A DNA stretch of 63,860 bases, the filler included, from Octopus bimaculoides (Eukaryota): assembly GCF_001194135.2 (NCBI RefSeq). It is 4 parts of 4 records of this genome, joined end to end, with 100 filler letters (N's around TTAATTAATTAA, not from the genome) between each part and the next. Parts side by side here need not be neighbours in the genome. Positions count along the whole stretch, not along the records: positions 1 to 15,826 come from NC_069004.1; positions 15,927 to 40,653 come from NC_068984.1; 2 more parts are not named here. One strand, 5' to 3'. Made by a program: the position numbers and the translations under genes. Shown in pieces: positions 10,846 to 23,539 of this stretch. How positions within the stretch are numbered: the stretch's first letter is position 1; every line of letters starts with the position of its first letter. The notes beneath the pieces were generated by a model. The model had not been told where the DNA came from and searched no databases. It saw only the letters and a list, made by a program, of their open reading frames with translations.

Positions 10846-13800
10846 TACACCGGGGACGTTTAACAGATACACCGGGGACGTTTAACAGAATACACCGGGG
10901 ACGTTTAACATGTGAGAGTGATAAAACACTGCTCCGAAATTTATCCAAAAACTTCGGAAATAAAGACATCACATGGAGCCAAAAATAGCTGACAAAGGGT
11001 TGGACTATATCCGAGTAAGTAATATTCATTGAAATTTATTTCTATTTTCCAAATGAAACGATGAATTTTAACTGGATATCATCTCCACTGCTCGCACAGT
11101 GCATGTGAACACGCTTGGTACATTACGATCCATCAACACCAGACCATCTCCGGCCCCAAACACCATGTACAAAAAAAAAATAATTACAAATAAATTAAAT
11201 AATACCGGTATTATTCAACCTAAGAATAATAATGGGGAAGTGCGTACTTTAAACTTGTTACACAAAAAGTACGAAAAACTACACGTGCAAGACAATTTGA
11301 CAACAGAAATGAACGGACCGGTACCCTACGAAAATGATGATCGTCAAAATAAAGGGCCGGAAGTTGTTCCTCATGTCCCGCAAATAAAACCAAAAAGGCA
11401 TAAATGGACATGCGAGGAATATATTTCAATCCTACACGCTTATTTTACGAAAACTCAAGACAGTGCGAGACCAGGGCATCTACATGAGTAATAATGCATC
11501 CTTTCATGTTCATGTTGCTAAATTGTCAATGAAATGCAGGCGACTGACCGGATGGATTCTAAGGACTTTTAGAACAAGAGATCAGGAAACCATGATGGTG
11601 CTCTGGAAGACACTTGTTCTAAGCCACTTTGACTATTGCCCTCAGCTATGGTCACCAACCAGTGTCAAGTTAATCTCAGAACTTGCGGCAATCCAACGAA
11701 GCTACACGAAGAAGATAGCCTCTATGCAGCATATAGGCTATTGGGAAAGACTCAAGAGATTAAGACTCTATTCATTAGAGCGTAGACGAGAAAGATATGC
11801 CATAATATACATCTGGAAGATCCTCGAAGGAATTGTCCCAAACTTTGGCATCGAAAGTTACACAAATAAAAGAACTGGACGCCATTGCATAGTGCCAAGG
11901 ACTCCAAATTTGCCATCAAGATGTAGGACAAGATACTGCAATAGCCTGGGCTTCAAAGGTCCACAGCTCTTCAATATCCTCCCGAAGGACCTGAGAGACC
12001 TGCATGCGGTGGATGTAGGTGTCTTCAAGACAAGGCTGGACCTCTTCCTGTCAGGTGTCNNNNNNNNNNACCAAATGTCAATTCCTGAAGTAAAATTCAT
12101 GAAGTAAAATTGTGTAGCAACACCAAATGGCGGTGCCCCAGCATGGCCACAGCTCATGAGCTGAAACTAGATAAAATGAAAAAAAATGAAATATAAAATA
12201 TGGAAGTAAGAATAAATTAAATAAAGACTTGGATACAGCAATGAACCCTAATAAACTAACTAACATACGAAGATATATTCTCAAAGCAAAAAAAAAAATA
12301 TCAGAAATAGAAATAGAACAATTAAAAGGAAAAATACATCAGGAAGATGTAGATAGTAGCCACACAACAATGCCAAATAATATAAACACTGAGATAGTAA
12401 AACACGAAGACAAACGTAACATTTCCAACAAAAACGAAGTAAGCAGAAAACAACAAACCCAGACCGTAGGGATGTATAATAATGTACAAAAAGCACAAAT
12501 CCAGAACAGCACAGACAAACATATGAATGAGAAGGAAGGCGAAACAAATATAAAATCTGGAAACAGTGAAGGAGAACTTAATAATTATAATACTATAAAA
12601 ACGAGAATAATCAAAGAACTGAAAATCACAGATCTCAGAATGGACCACCGATTATGCCTCCCAAAAATCAAAATAGACAATAAAACAACATCAATAATAA
12701 ATAGCATAAACCTGGCCGTCAGGGAATTAATAGCCACAGAAACAAATGGCAATATCAATGAGTTAAATGACATAATATATGCAGCAGCCACTGCAACCAC
12801 AAAAGAAGCAGGATACTCCCTCAAACCTATCCAAACAGGAATTCCACTACCCAAACAATCCCTGTGGATAAATAATATCCAAAAAAAAAGAAAAGATCTG
12901 TCGATTCTTAACGAAATTAGTAGACAATTAACACTACTAAGTAACAAGAAGAAAACAAAAATACTGTGAAAATACAACATTGCGGAAAAAGATTTACCCG
13001 AGGTAAAAGAAAAGCTAAAGCAAGATATCTAAAGCACAAAGGATCCGCCGGTATGAGAAACGCCAACGTTTCTTTGAACAAAACAAACAGTTCAACTCCA
13101 AACCCCAAAAATTCTACCAAGAACTTGGCAAAAATAAAATAGACATTACTGCAGCACCAACAGTGGAAAAACTTTGGAAAGAAATATGGTCGGTGAAGGA
13201 ACAACCTCAGAAAAGGACTATTAAGACAACAAACTTAGCACCTGAGCAAATCTGGACCCCTATAACAACTGAAGAGGTCACCCAGGCACTGCAAAGACTA
13301 AGCAACTGGAAGGCACCTGGGTACGACAAAATCCTCAACTTCTGGTTAAAATATCTGACAGGAATGCACAAAAAGCTGGCTGAAAACTTTAACAACATAC
13401 TAGCAGAGCCAGAGACAATGCCTGAATGGCTCACGAAAGGGAAAACTATCCTAATTTCCAAATTCACGGAAACGGCAAAACCACAAAACTACAGACCTAC
13501 AACCTGTCTCCCTACAATCTACAAAGCCTTTACTGCAATAATATCGCAGAGATTGAGTAAGCACCTGGAAGAAAACAACCTGTTTCCAGAAGAGAAGAAG
13601 GGATGCTGCAAGGGCTCATACGGCTGTAAAGATCAATTAATGATCAATAAAGCCATAACTGAAGACAGCCGCAGAAAGAAGAAAGGCCTCAGTATGGCCT
13701 GGATCGACTACCGAAAGGCTTTTGATAGTGTTCTACACACGTGGATCCTCGAAACACTAGCCATAAACAAGGTAGCACCAATAATTATAAAATACATAAG

Positions 13801-15826
13801 ACACTCTATGAATAAATGGCAGACAGTGCTACAGCTCCAAACAAAAGAGGGACTCGTGAANNNNNNNNNNNNNNNNNNNNNNNNNNNNNNNNNNNNNNNN
13901 NNNNNNNNNNNNNNNNNNNNNNNNNNNNNNNNNNNNNNNNNNNNNNNNNNNNNNNNNNNNNNNNNNNNNNNNNNNNNNNNNNNNNNNNNNNNNNNNNNNN
14001 NNNNNNNNNNNNNNNNNNNNNNNNNNNNNNNNNNNNNNNNNNNNNNNNNNNNNNNNNNNNNNNNNNNNNNNNNNNNNNNNNNNNNNNNNNNNNNNNNNNN
14101 NNNNNNNNNNNNNNNNNNNNNNNNNNNNNNNNNNNNNNNNNNNNNNNNNNNNNNNNNNNNNNNNNNNNNNNNNNNNNNNNNNNNNNNNNNNNNNNNNNNN
14201 NNNNNNNNNNNNNNNNNNNNNNNNNNNNNNNNNNNNNNNNNNNNNNNNNNNNNNNNNNNNNNNNNNNNNNNNNNNNNNNNNNNNNNNNNNNNNNNNNNNN
14301 NNNNNNNNNNNNNNNNNNNNNNNNNNNNNNNNNNNNNNNNNNNNNNNNNNNNNNNNNNNNNNNNNNNNNNNNNNNNNNNNNNNNNNNNNNNNNNNNNNNN
14401 NNNNNNNNNNNNNNNNNNNNNNNNNNNNNNNNNNNNNNNNNNNNNNNNNNNNNNNNNNNNNNNNNNNNNNNNNNNNNNNNNNNNNNNNNNNNNNNNNNNN
14501 NNNNNNNNNNNNNNNNNAAAACAGAGCTCAATGCTAAAAAAACAAGATAATAGGTATTAACACATTAGCCGTCTCAGTTATAAGTTACAGCTACAATATC
14601 CTTAACTTGACACTAAATGAACTAACCAAAATAGACAGGAAACAAGAAGAATAATGATAGGATCTAGGATGCACCACCCAAAATCTGACATAGAAAGGCT
14701 ATATATACAACCTACAGAAGTTGGTAGAGGCCTTATACAGCTGGAAAACTATTATAAAATAACTACCATAGGACTTCAAAAATACCTACTTCAGAAGGAA
14801 GGAAAACTAATACAAATAGCCACAAAACACGAGCAAAACAAAAAACTGATTTCAGAATTTAAGGAAGCTGACAAATACAAACAAGAGATCAGAATACTTA
14901 ACAAAGAAGAAGAACAAATGAAATCGAAACTAAAACTAGAACAGTAACAGATCATGATAAAACGATGGCAAGAAAAGCCCCTTCATGGCAAATACTGGGC
15001 TAAACTAAATGCAAAAGAAATAGACAGAGAAAAATCCCAGCAGTTGTTGAGAAGCTCAGGACTCAAAGCAGAGATTGAAGGATTTTTAATTGCAGCACAA
15101 GATCAAAGCCTCCCCACCAGAAATTACCAAAGACATATAATGAAAAGAATCATAACAAGTAACTGCAGAATATGTGGCGATGGACAAGAAACAATAAACC
15201 ATATTATATCTGGCTGCCCAGTCCTGCTAAGAAGGAATATATTCACAGACACGACAGAGCTGGGACCTATATACACTGAAAGCTATACCAAGACTATGGA
15301 ATAACAACAGAAAAATTATGGTATAGGCACACGCCAGAAAAGGTCACAGAAAACGAGAAAGCAACCGTACTAAGGGATATGCCAATACACACAGATAGAG
15401 AAATCAAGACCAATAGGCCAGATATAGTTGTCAGAGATCATGAAGAAATGCTTTCTAATTGATGTATCAATACGAGCAGATGACACCGTTTCTCTAAAAG
15501 AAATGGAGAAACTTTCAAAATACAAAGACCTGGAAATAGAGGTAACTCGAATGTGGAATCTAAAAACAGAAACAATTCCTATCATAGTAGGCGCATTAGG
15601 TATGATAAAAAATATTCAGACAAATACATAATAAAAACACCAGGACTTACAAGTATATATAACATACAGACAATTGTACTACTGGGCACTGCACACATCC
15701 TACGCAAAACACCTTCAATACAGTAACCATAAGAGCATCACAGCAAACCACAGCACATACCAAAGGCACACAGAGCTGCGCTCGGTAGTGAAGTGAAAAC
15801 ACGCTATAAAAATAAAACTACTGGAT
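10846..15826 (+). mobile_element. Near full-length degenerate R4/Dong-clade retrotransposon, interrupted by CR1
   Basis: N-terminal RHKWT.EEY..I..AY motif continues after the CR1 insert as NKLTNIRRYIL. RT: WKAPGYD, YRPTTCLPTIYK, DYRKAFDSV. CCHC: CRICGDGQETINHIISGCPVL. RLE: RPDIV..LIDVSI..KYKDLEIEV. 3' UTR closely matches 58090-58192. Confidence 0.9.
11460..12195 (+). mobile_element. CR1/L2-group LINE 3' fragment nested in the Dong element
   Basis: RT thumb VRDQGI..WILRTF..LSHFDYCPQLWSP..YWERLKRLRLYSLERRRER..GPQLFNILP..FKTRLDLFL. 3' tail GGCGGTGCCCCAGCATGGCCACAGCTCATGAGCTGAAAC. Confidence 0.88.
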
Positions 15827-15927
15827 NNNNNNNNNNNNNNNNNNNNNNNNNNNNNNNNNNNNNNNNNNNNTTAATTAATTAANNNNNNNNNNNNNNNNNN
15901 NNNNNNNNNNNNNNNNNNNNNNNNNNA

Positions 15928-16275
15928 TGCCTTAGATTGGTCTAAATGGACCAGTACCCCACCCTTGCCAGCATCATTATTAAACCCTTCTAAAGTGTAT
16001 CGTGTAAGATGGAGATTATCCTGGATGGTTCTGCCGGGAACGGCACACGTTTGTGCCTCCCCGATCAGACCGTCCGCGACACGCGCCAATCTTTTCGATA
16101 ACACTTTGGCCAAAATCTTCAACTCTGCGTTTAGCAGAGTGATGGGCCGAAAATTATCAATGGAATCCCCCTTGTTCGGGTCCTTTCTGACAAGCGTCAC
16201 CCCCACCCCGGCGCACAGATCTGGGAATAAACCCATTCTGCTGCCAGTTCGCGTAGACATATCAGTTAATGTCAG
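15928..16275 (-). mobile_element. L1/Tx1-clade RT fragment
   Basis: NFRPITLLNAELKILAKVLSKRL..EAQTCAVPGRTIQDNL..LDQSKA, typical of Tx1 RT domains 1-3. Confidence 0.88.
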
Positions 16276-17099
16276 GCAGGAAAGTAGGTTTTGGTTGTAT
16301 GTGAAAAACAGCTACGGACCTAATGCGCAGTATATTATATTAACTATTCAAAAGAGGAGAAATAGGGAGGAGTCAAATAAAATGGGGAATTAAATTTCAA
16401 AAATTGGAAGTGCAAAAAGATTAAAGTTTTTTAAAAATTGATTATAACGGTTTCTAATGGGTTACAATACGGTTTTACATGTTTGCAGAAACTGACTTAG
16501 GTATGAACAGATATATCTTAACTATAAAGAAACTTTAATGCATCAAGTCGTTCAACCTTCGCATAGATGATAAAATAAGGTTCTAACAGTGTAGTTGAAA
16601 GAATTTATTATTCATGTATCTGTGATAATAATATATACATTTTTAAAATTTCGTACACGCTGCAATAATACTAAGCAGGATTTATACAGTAGTTTCTTAA
16701 AATTTCTCCGAGCATTGTGTAGAGCCTTTAACGTGAAGCAATAGGGATCTTCAGCTGAATACACGTCATTCATTGTTTAAAATTATCCAAATACGACAAC
16801 TTTAACACGAAATAACTTCTCAAATACAAAATTTTGTCAAAAACCTTATGAGTAAACCGTGTTCTACGTGACACATTCAACCAGTATCCGAAGTTTCAAA
16901 CTGTTTAGTTAAAAAAAAAATTAATTAAAAAAGCTGTGACTGAGATTGAAAAGATTCAGCAATAGTGATATTCAACGGTTAACTTTTTATTGTGAAAAAG
17001 GCAATACTTTACAGCTTTTGAAAAAGCTTTTTAATATATATCCTTATCAGTTATATTTTATATTGAAGCAAATAGATGTTCAAGTTTATGAGTTAACAT

Positions 17100-17600
17100 A
17101 GATTAAGAAGGCCAAGAAAAGATGAAAAACATCGTCTAACAAAAATATGGCATATTCTCGAGGGACTCAGAATCATCTGCAATTCATGGTTTCCCATTTG
17201 GTTCATGTCATTATGAACTCAGAGCCATTGCTCAAACCCATTGCGCGAACACTCATCGAACACTTAGAGACAAGACTTGATGGCGCTTACTCTCGCAAGT
17301 TCCAAGTCGTTTAGATTTTTTCGTGACTAAAAATATTCGAATGAACGAAGATTATAGCAGTCTTTATGCAATCAGAAATTGTCATTAGGGCAAGATAAGT
17401 ACGATTTGCAGGACTTCGAAGAGAATTGATGAGCCATCAATGATAACTCCTTTAGAAACTCAGAAAAATCTACACTGGTTAGTCATCCAGCAAAATCCTT
17501 TATAGATCAACTCTAACAGACACGGGTTGTCGTGCTGACCTTCCAAACGCTATTCAGGCTCTTAACGGTTGGCGTGATCGAGTAAGGCAAATCTGATTAA
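17100..17600 (+). mobile_element. Highly degenerate RTE-clade LINE 3' fragment
   Basis: Manual translation across frameshifts gives LETRLDGAYSR, IRAR.VRFAG, SFIDQL..TGCRADLPNAIQALNGWRDRVRQI*. Confidence 0.62.
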
Positions 17601-18311
17601 GCTAAAAAAGCTGAAGCAAATAGACCGTAAAGACACAGTTTCAATTCTTCGAAATATGAGAAAATATTAAAAATAAAAATAGACCATCATAAAGAAGGCT
17701 AAATTATTGGACTATGATTAATGTTCTTCGTATAGGAAATGTAAATTGGAATAAAGAATAATTACAAATAAATAGTTGATACAAACGGTTTACAATCTCC
17801 CGCAGTCTGAATCTAAAGCTTCGCAGGTTTACAAAAATTATTTAATAATAACAATTAACATCTGCTGTGAAGATTAAGAGATAAGGGTGGTAACTACAGA
17901 CTATTTAATTGAGATAACATTTTTGGCAGAATATTTTTCTAGAGGTCTCCGTAGAAGTGTATTATTTGTTTCCAGTAATGTCCTGGAAATGCACAAGCAC
18001 ACGGACCTCCACACACTCATACACACGTCCTCAAAGACACACAATGTATTTTCAGAAAGAATTTCCCAACGTTAATTAATCTTGAATGCTTAAAGTTTAT
18101 TTACCGAATCCTATTGGGAGTCGTTATATTTACGTATTTAGTATATAAAAATAACGCCTCTATCCCTCTCAGTCCTAAACGTATGAAAAGGAGATGAAAA
18201 GTAAGGTGGGGTTTCAACTCACAATATAAACACATATACTAAACACCTGCGCTTTATTGTTTCTGCTAACACAAAATTATTATTATAATAAAGAAATCAT
18301 CAATAAAGCAA

Positions 18312-19215
18312 AGCCGCGAGCTAGTAGAATTTTTAGCGAGTCGGCCTTAGATGTTTAGCTATATTTTTTCCGGCTCTTTACGATCTGGGTTCAAATTCCG
18401 CCAAAGTCCACTTTACATTTCATCCTTCCGGGTTCGATAAAATAAAGTACCAGTACTGGGGTAGATGATATCGACTAGCCCCTCCCCCATATTCCAGACC
18501 ATTTGCCTATAGTAACAAAGAAAAGCTGCGAATTCGAAGAATCGTTAGTACGCCGGACGAAATGCCAAGCGGCGTTTTTTTCCAGCTCTATGTGTCTGAG
18601 TTCAAATCCCGATGGGGTCAACTTTGCTTTTATCCTTTCAGGCTTGATGAAATAAGGTACCAGTCAAGTAAAGGGGTCGATATAATTGACTATTCTCCTC
18701 CCTCAAAATTCCAGGTATTATGTCGACAGTAGAATTATTATTATCATTATAAGCAGCATTTCGTCCATCTTTACGTTCTGAGTTCAAATTTCGCAGAGGC
18801 CAACTTTGTCCTTTATGCTTTCGGAGCCAATAAAATAAATACCAGTTGAGCACTAAGGTTTCTGTAATCGAAATTGCTGGCCTTGTGCTAAAATTTAAAA
18901 TTATTGTTATTATATAAAGTGATGAACTTGCAGAATCGTTAGCACGTCGGACTTTATGTTCTGAGTTCAAATGCGACCGAGATCAACTTAGTCTTTCATC
19001 TTTTCGGGATCGATGAAGTAAGTACCAGTTGAGCGGTATAGTCGAAAGGATTATTATTATTATTATTACTTGGAGACTCAAATTCCGCCGAGGTCGACTA
19101 TGCCTTTCATCCTTTCGAAGTCGATAAATTCAGTACCAGCTGCGTACTGGGTCGATTTAATCGACTGAACCCCTCCCCCAAAATTTTGGGCCTTGTGCCT
19201 AGAGTAAGAAAGATT
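18312..19215 (+). mobile_element. Stack of about five degenerate family A SINEs
   Basis: The GAGTTCAAATT..TTTCATCCTT..AAGTACCAGT..GGGGTCGAT module repeats at ~18390, 18600, 18780, 18963 and 19080. Confidence 0.78.
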
Positions 19216-19926
19216 ATTTTTGGGAGATTATAATTGGCGGACTTAATTCATTGGTTAAATTCACCACTTACCTTTTTGTTGTGTGTAGTGCAAACTAAAC
19301 CGTTCTAGTTATAGGATCTATTCCGAGCAAATATCCGAGGGAAAGAAGAGGACTCAATATTTAAGACTGCTTCGAAACAAACTCACTAGATTCCATTTGA
19401 ATGAGAAACGTTGATGAAAAAAAAAAAAAAAAAANNNNNNNNNNNNNNNNNNNNNNNNNNNNNNNNNNNNNNNNNNNNNNNNNNNNNNNNNNNNNNNNNN
19501 NNNNNNNNNNNNNNNNNNNNNNNNNNNNNNNNNNNNNNNNNNNNNNNNNNNNNNNNNNNNNNNNNNNNNNNNNNNNNNNNNNNNNNNNNNNNNNNNNNNN
19601 NNNNNNNNNNNNNNNNNNNNNNNNNNNNNNNNNNNNNNNNNNNNNNNNNNNNNNNNNNNNNNNNNNNNNNNNNNNNNNNNNNNNNNNNNNNNNNNNNNNN
19701 NNNNNNNNNNNNNNNNNNNNNNNNNNNNNNNNNNNNNNNNNNNNNNNNNNNNNNNNNNNNNNNNNNNNNNNNNNNNNNNNNNNNNNNNNNNNNNNNNNNN
19801 NNNNNNNNNNNNNNNNNNNNNNNNNNNNNNNNNNNNNNNNNNNNNNNNNNNNNNNNNNNNNNNNNNNNNNNNNNNNNNNNNNNNNNNNNNNNNNNNNNNN
19901 NNNNNNNNNNNNNNNNNNNNNNNNNN

Positions 19927-20216
19927 CGAAAACACCTAAAAGCTCCACGAGGCTCCGGCATAGAATGGTGGCGAACCCTGCTGTGCTCTTTCACCACAAC
20001 TTTCTCTCACACTTACTTCCTGTTTCTGTTGTGACCGTAATTCAAAGGGTCAGCCTTGTCACACTGTGTCACGCTGAATATCCCCGAGAACTACGTTAAG
20101 GGTACGTGTGTCTGTGGAGTGCTCAGCCACTTGCACGTTAATTTCACGAGCAGGCTGTTCCGTTGATCGGATCAACTGGAACCTTTGACGTCGTAAGCGA
20201 CGGAGTGCCAACAACA
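19927..20216 (+). mobile_element. SINE family C2, 5' end in gap
   Basis: Homologous to the reverse complement of 21165-21470; tail GACGGAGTGCCAACAAC. Confidence 0.82.
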
Positions 20217-20522
20217 GTATGGAAGAGAAAGAGAGGGGGGGAGAGAGGTATGCGTGTGTATTATAGCTTATGTACAGTTGGATACAGATGTACCGAAGTG
20301 ATTTGTAATTTTTAAAAATTTAAACGGATTTTTTCTTAAAAGTTCAACTTACATTTAACTCATGCATATAAAGCATGCATATCTCACTGATTATCTTAGT
20401 ATACAAGGCCCCAACATAGCTTGAAACGTAATAGACAAAAATTAAAACGCTTCATAAACCTATGAATAGTATTATGTAAGGTGATTTAAAAGGAATTAAA
20501 AATGATAAAGCAAATGATAAAT

Positions 20523-20556
<34 letters not shown>

Positions 20557-21164
20557 GTGTGATATATAAAACAAGAGCATTAAAGATAGCATGTGTAAGG
20601 TGCATAAGCAAATGCACCTGTCATTACAGTTACTAGCGATACCTGCAGAGGAAAGAGCACCTGTTTTCTACCTTCAAGTTCCCGTGATTAGGAAATAATA
20701 CAGCTGTCTAGACAAAGGTCAGATGACAGAACAGTAGACATCACATGGCAGCAGTATGTTTTTGAGTTATTGCATATGTGCGTGTGTGTGAGAGAAAGGA
20801 AAAAATAATGAGATGAAAATATACAAACAGACAGGTCGAGGAATGTGCGAGTCTATGGGTTTTTTGGGTGAGTGAATGTGTGTGTGTGTGTGCGCGCGCG
20901 ACTGGACGTCTGTATGTATGTATATATATATACCCAAGCACGCGCGCCTGAGCATGACCCGCGCTTCAGTCTGTGTGTAGATAAATATGTGTGCATGCGT
21001 GCATTAATTTTGTTTATCAGTTAGGAGCTAGTTGAATAAATGACAATGTGCGTGCGCGTATATATATATATATATAAGTATATTACACACACACATATAT
21101 ATACATACACACAAATAAATAAACACGTAAATAAAATAATTTCTTTATTGCCCACAGGGGGCTA

Positions 21165-21550
21165 ACGTTGTTGTTGGCACTCCGTCGCTTACGACGTCGA
21201 GGGTTCCAGTTGATCCGATCAACGGAACAGACTGCTGGTGAAATTAACGTGCAAGTGGCTGAGCACTCCAGACACTTGTACCCTTAACGTAGTTCTCGGG
21301 GATATTCAGCGTAACACAGTGTGACAAGGCTGACCCCTTGAATTACAGGCACAACAGAAACAGGAAGTAAGAGTGAGAGAAAGTTGGGGTGAAAGAGTAC
21401 AGCAGGGTGCACCACCATCCCCTTCCGGAGCCTCGTGGAGCTTTAAGTGTTTTCGCTCAATAAACACTCACAACGCCCGGTCTGGGAATCGAAACCGCGA
21501 ACCTATGACCGCGAGTCCGCTGCCCTAACCACTGGGCCATTGCGCTTCCA
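21165..21550 (-). mobile_element. Full-length tRNA-derived SINE (family C2) with 12-bp TSD
   Basis: A-box TGGCCCAGTGG, B-box GGTTTCGATTCC. Perfect TSD CACAGGGGGCTA at 21153-21164 and 21551-21562. Confidence 0.9.
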
Positions 21551-21611
21551 CACAGGGGGCTAGTATATATAAAATAATACCCATTGTGTGTGGGAGTATT
21601 GAGATGTGGAA

Positions 21612-21735
21612 GCGCGTGGCTAATTGATTAGGAGCGCAAGACTGCAGTTTCGATTCTCAGACCGTCGGAGCGTTATGTTCTTGAGCAAAACACTTAATTT
21701 CACGTCACGTAATTTCAGTTTGCACGTCTGTAAAT
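21612..21735 (+). mobile_element. Degenerate SINE head and central domain (family C1-like)
   Basis: GCGCGTGGCTAATTGATTAG..GTTTCGATTCTC..GTTCTTGAGCAAAACACTTAATTTCACG. Confidence 0.6.
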
Positions 21736-23227
21736 GGGTAACCCATGAACAGAACGACGTTTCTTTCAGTAGCTGCGTTGGTTTGTCTGCCTACCTTACA
21801 GGGTACCATTATTGAAAAGCCACAACAATGGTACGAAGCGCATTGTGACCAGCGTTGTATGACATTCAAAAGTTTGGTTGATACCATTGTGTGTATGTGT
21901 GTACATACACATAAACACACAGAAATTACATAGTTGTAAAACTTGCGAAATGTACAAAAATTTTCCTTTTTAGGCCCAAAAGATCGGATACTTTTAAAAC
22001 ATACCTCGTATACATACACACACACACACTATATATATATATATATATAAATAGATATATAAAATCACGCGTATACATATGTATGCGTGCATTTGACTTA
22101 ATCCGTAACCCTGTTTTACTCCACCACCAAGCACCAAGAGTGTATTTACAAGAGTCCACTCTGTTACGACTATTCAAGTTAGATTTAGAGTTACAAATAC
22201 ATTTTCCCTTACTCCAAAGTGCAGAAGCTCTGTAAAATGGTTATGAGTAACTCCTTCCATCCTAACGAAAGGACAAAATATAAATATCCAAACAAATGTG
22301 TGTTGGCATTTATGCACACCCGCTCAAGCATACACCAAATTTCCCTCAAGACAACACCAAACAGCAGTATATATGAAAACTATATATATAGAAATAATTT
22401 ATATTTTGTTGCTGAAGGAAGAAATCGCATTTTTGAAACACGTGTGGGAATTTCAACTAAGTTCCAACCTATTTTATTTTATCTTTTTCGTTTCTTCCTT
22501 TTGTTTTGTTTTTAACCTCTTTTAAACCCACACAAGAGGACAGGAACAGAAGTATATCCGCTGCTTGAACCCTGAGCGAAACAACTTCCAAACCTCGTTG
22601 TCGGAGAAAATAAACACGTAACAGAGTACAAAACTAAATGAAACAAATAAAGAACAAAGGAAAACTTGGAACAAAGAAAATTGAAGATAGAGGAAGACTT
22701 GTCAGTTTTAATTTTACTTACAAGCTAACGGCGACTATAATTTTACTGTTAAACATTTCAAGGATGTGACAAGCAAAGCTTACGCACTTTGTTTTGTAGT
22801 CATCGTTTTCCCTTTCACCTTAAGAAGATTGAATGAACCAAACAAATAGGATGGGGACGAGAGAGATAGATTACAGAAAGTATATAGACTTTTTTTCTCT
22901 TACAAAACGAACAGGAGGTAAAAAGAAAGAAGGAAAAATGCGATATATATTTTCAGTAAATTGTTCAACGTTTCAGCAAGAGCGAAGCTTAGTTTTCACT
23001 CGAACTGTAATGTAGCTCGTTCCTTTACCACAGAAGTAGCAAGTCGGGCGACGGTTGTTGACGATATACATAACAAACATGAGTGCGCTGATCAAATTTA
23101 GCGGGCAAATGGTTATTCACTGTTTACTTTTTTATGGATAATCTCTTCGACTATGATACTTTTGAGCCCCACTGAAAGATTATACGTCTCAGATCTTGTC
23201 CAAATACCTCTGATTATCTCTCTCTCT

Positions 23228-23337
<110 letters not shown>

Positions 23338-23539
23338 TCAGCACAGAGAAATAACTTGATGGCAAAACAGTATGTATTTGAACAACATGAACATACAAAT
23401 GTATATCAAATACTATGGATTTAGTGAAATTATCTCCACCGCCAGAGGATGTATCATAATTACCAAATGGCAATTAGGAACAGCTCCACTCGAGAGAAGA
23501 TAATCTCAAAATTCAAGTATTCTCCAATGTCAACATGCC

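Noticed and set aside
15871-15882. TTAATTAATTAA islands inside N gaps (also at 40698 and 56087)
   Set aside because: Identical all-frame-stop 12-mer centred in gaps; an assembly or scaffolding spacer, not biology.
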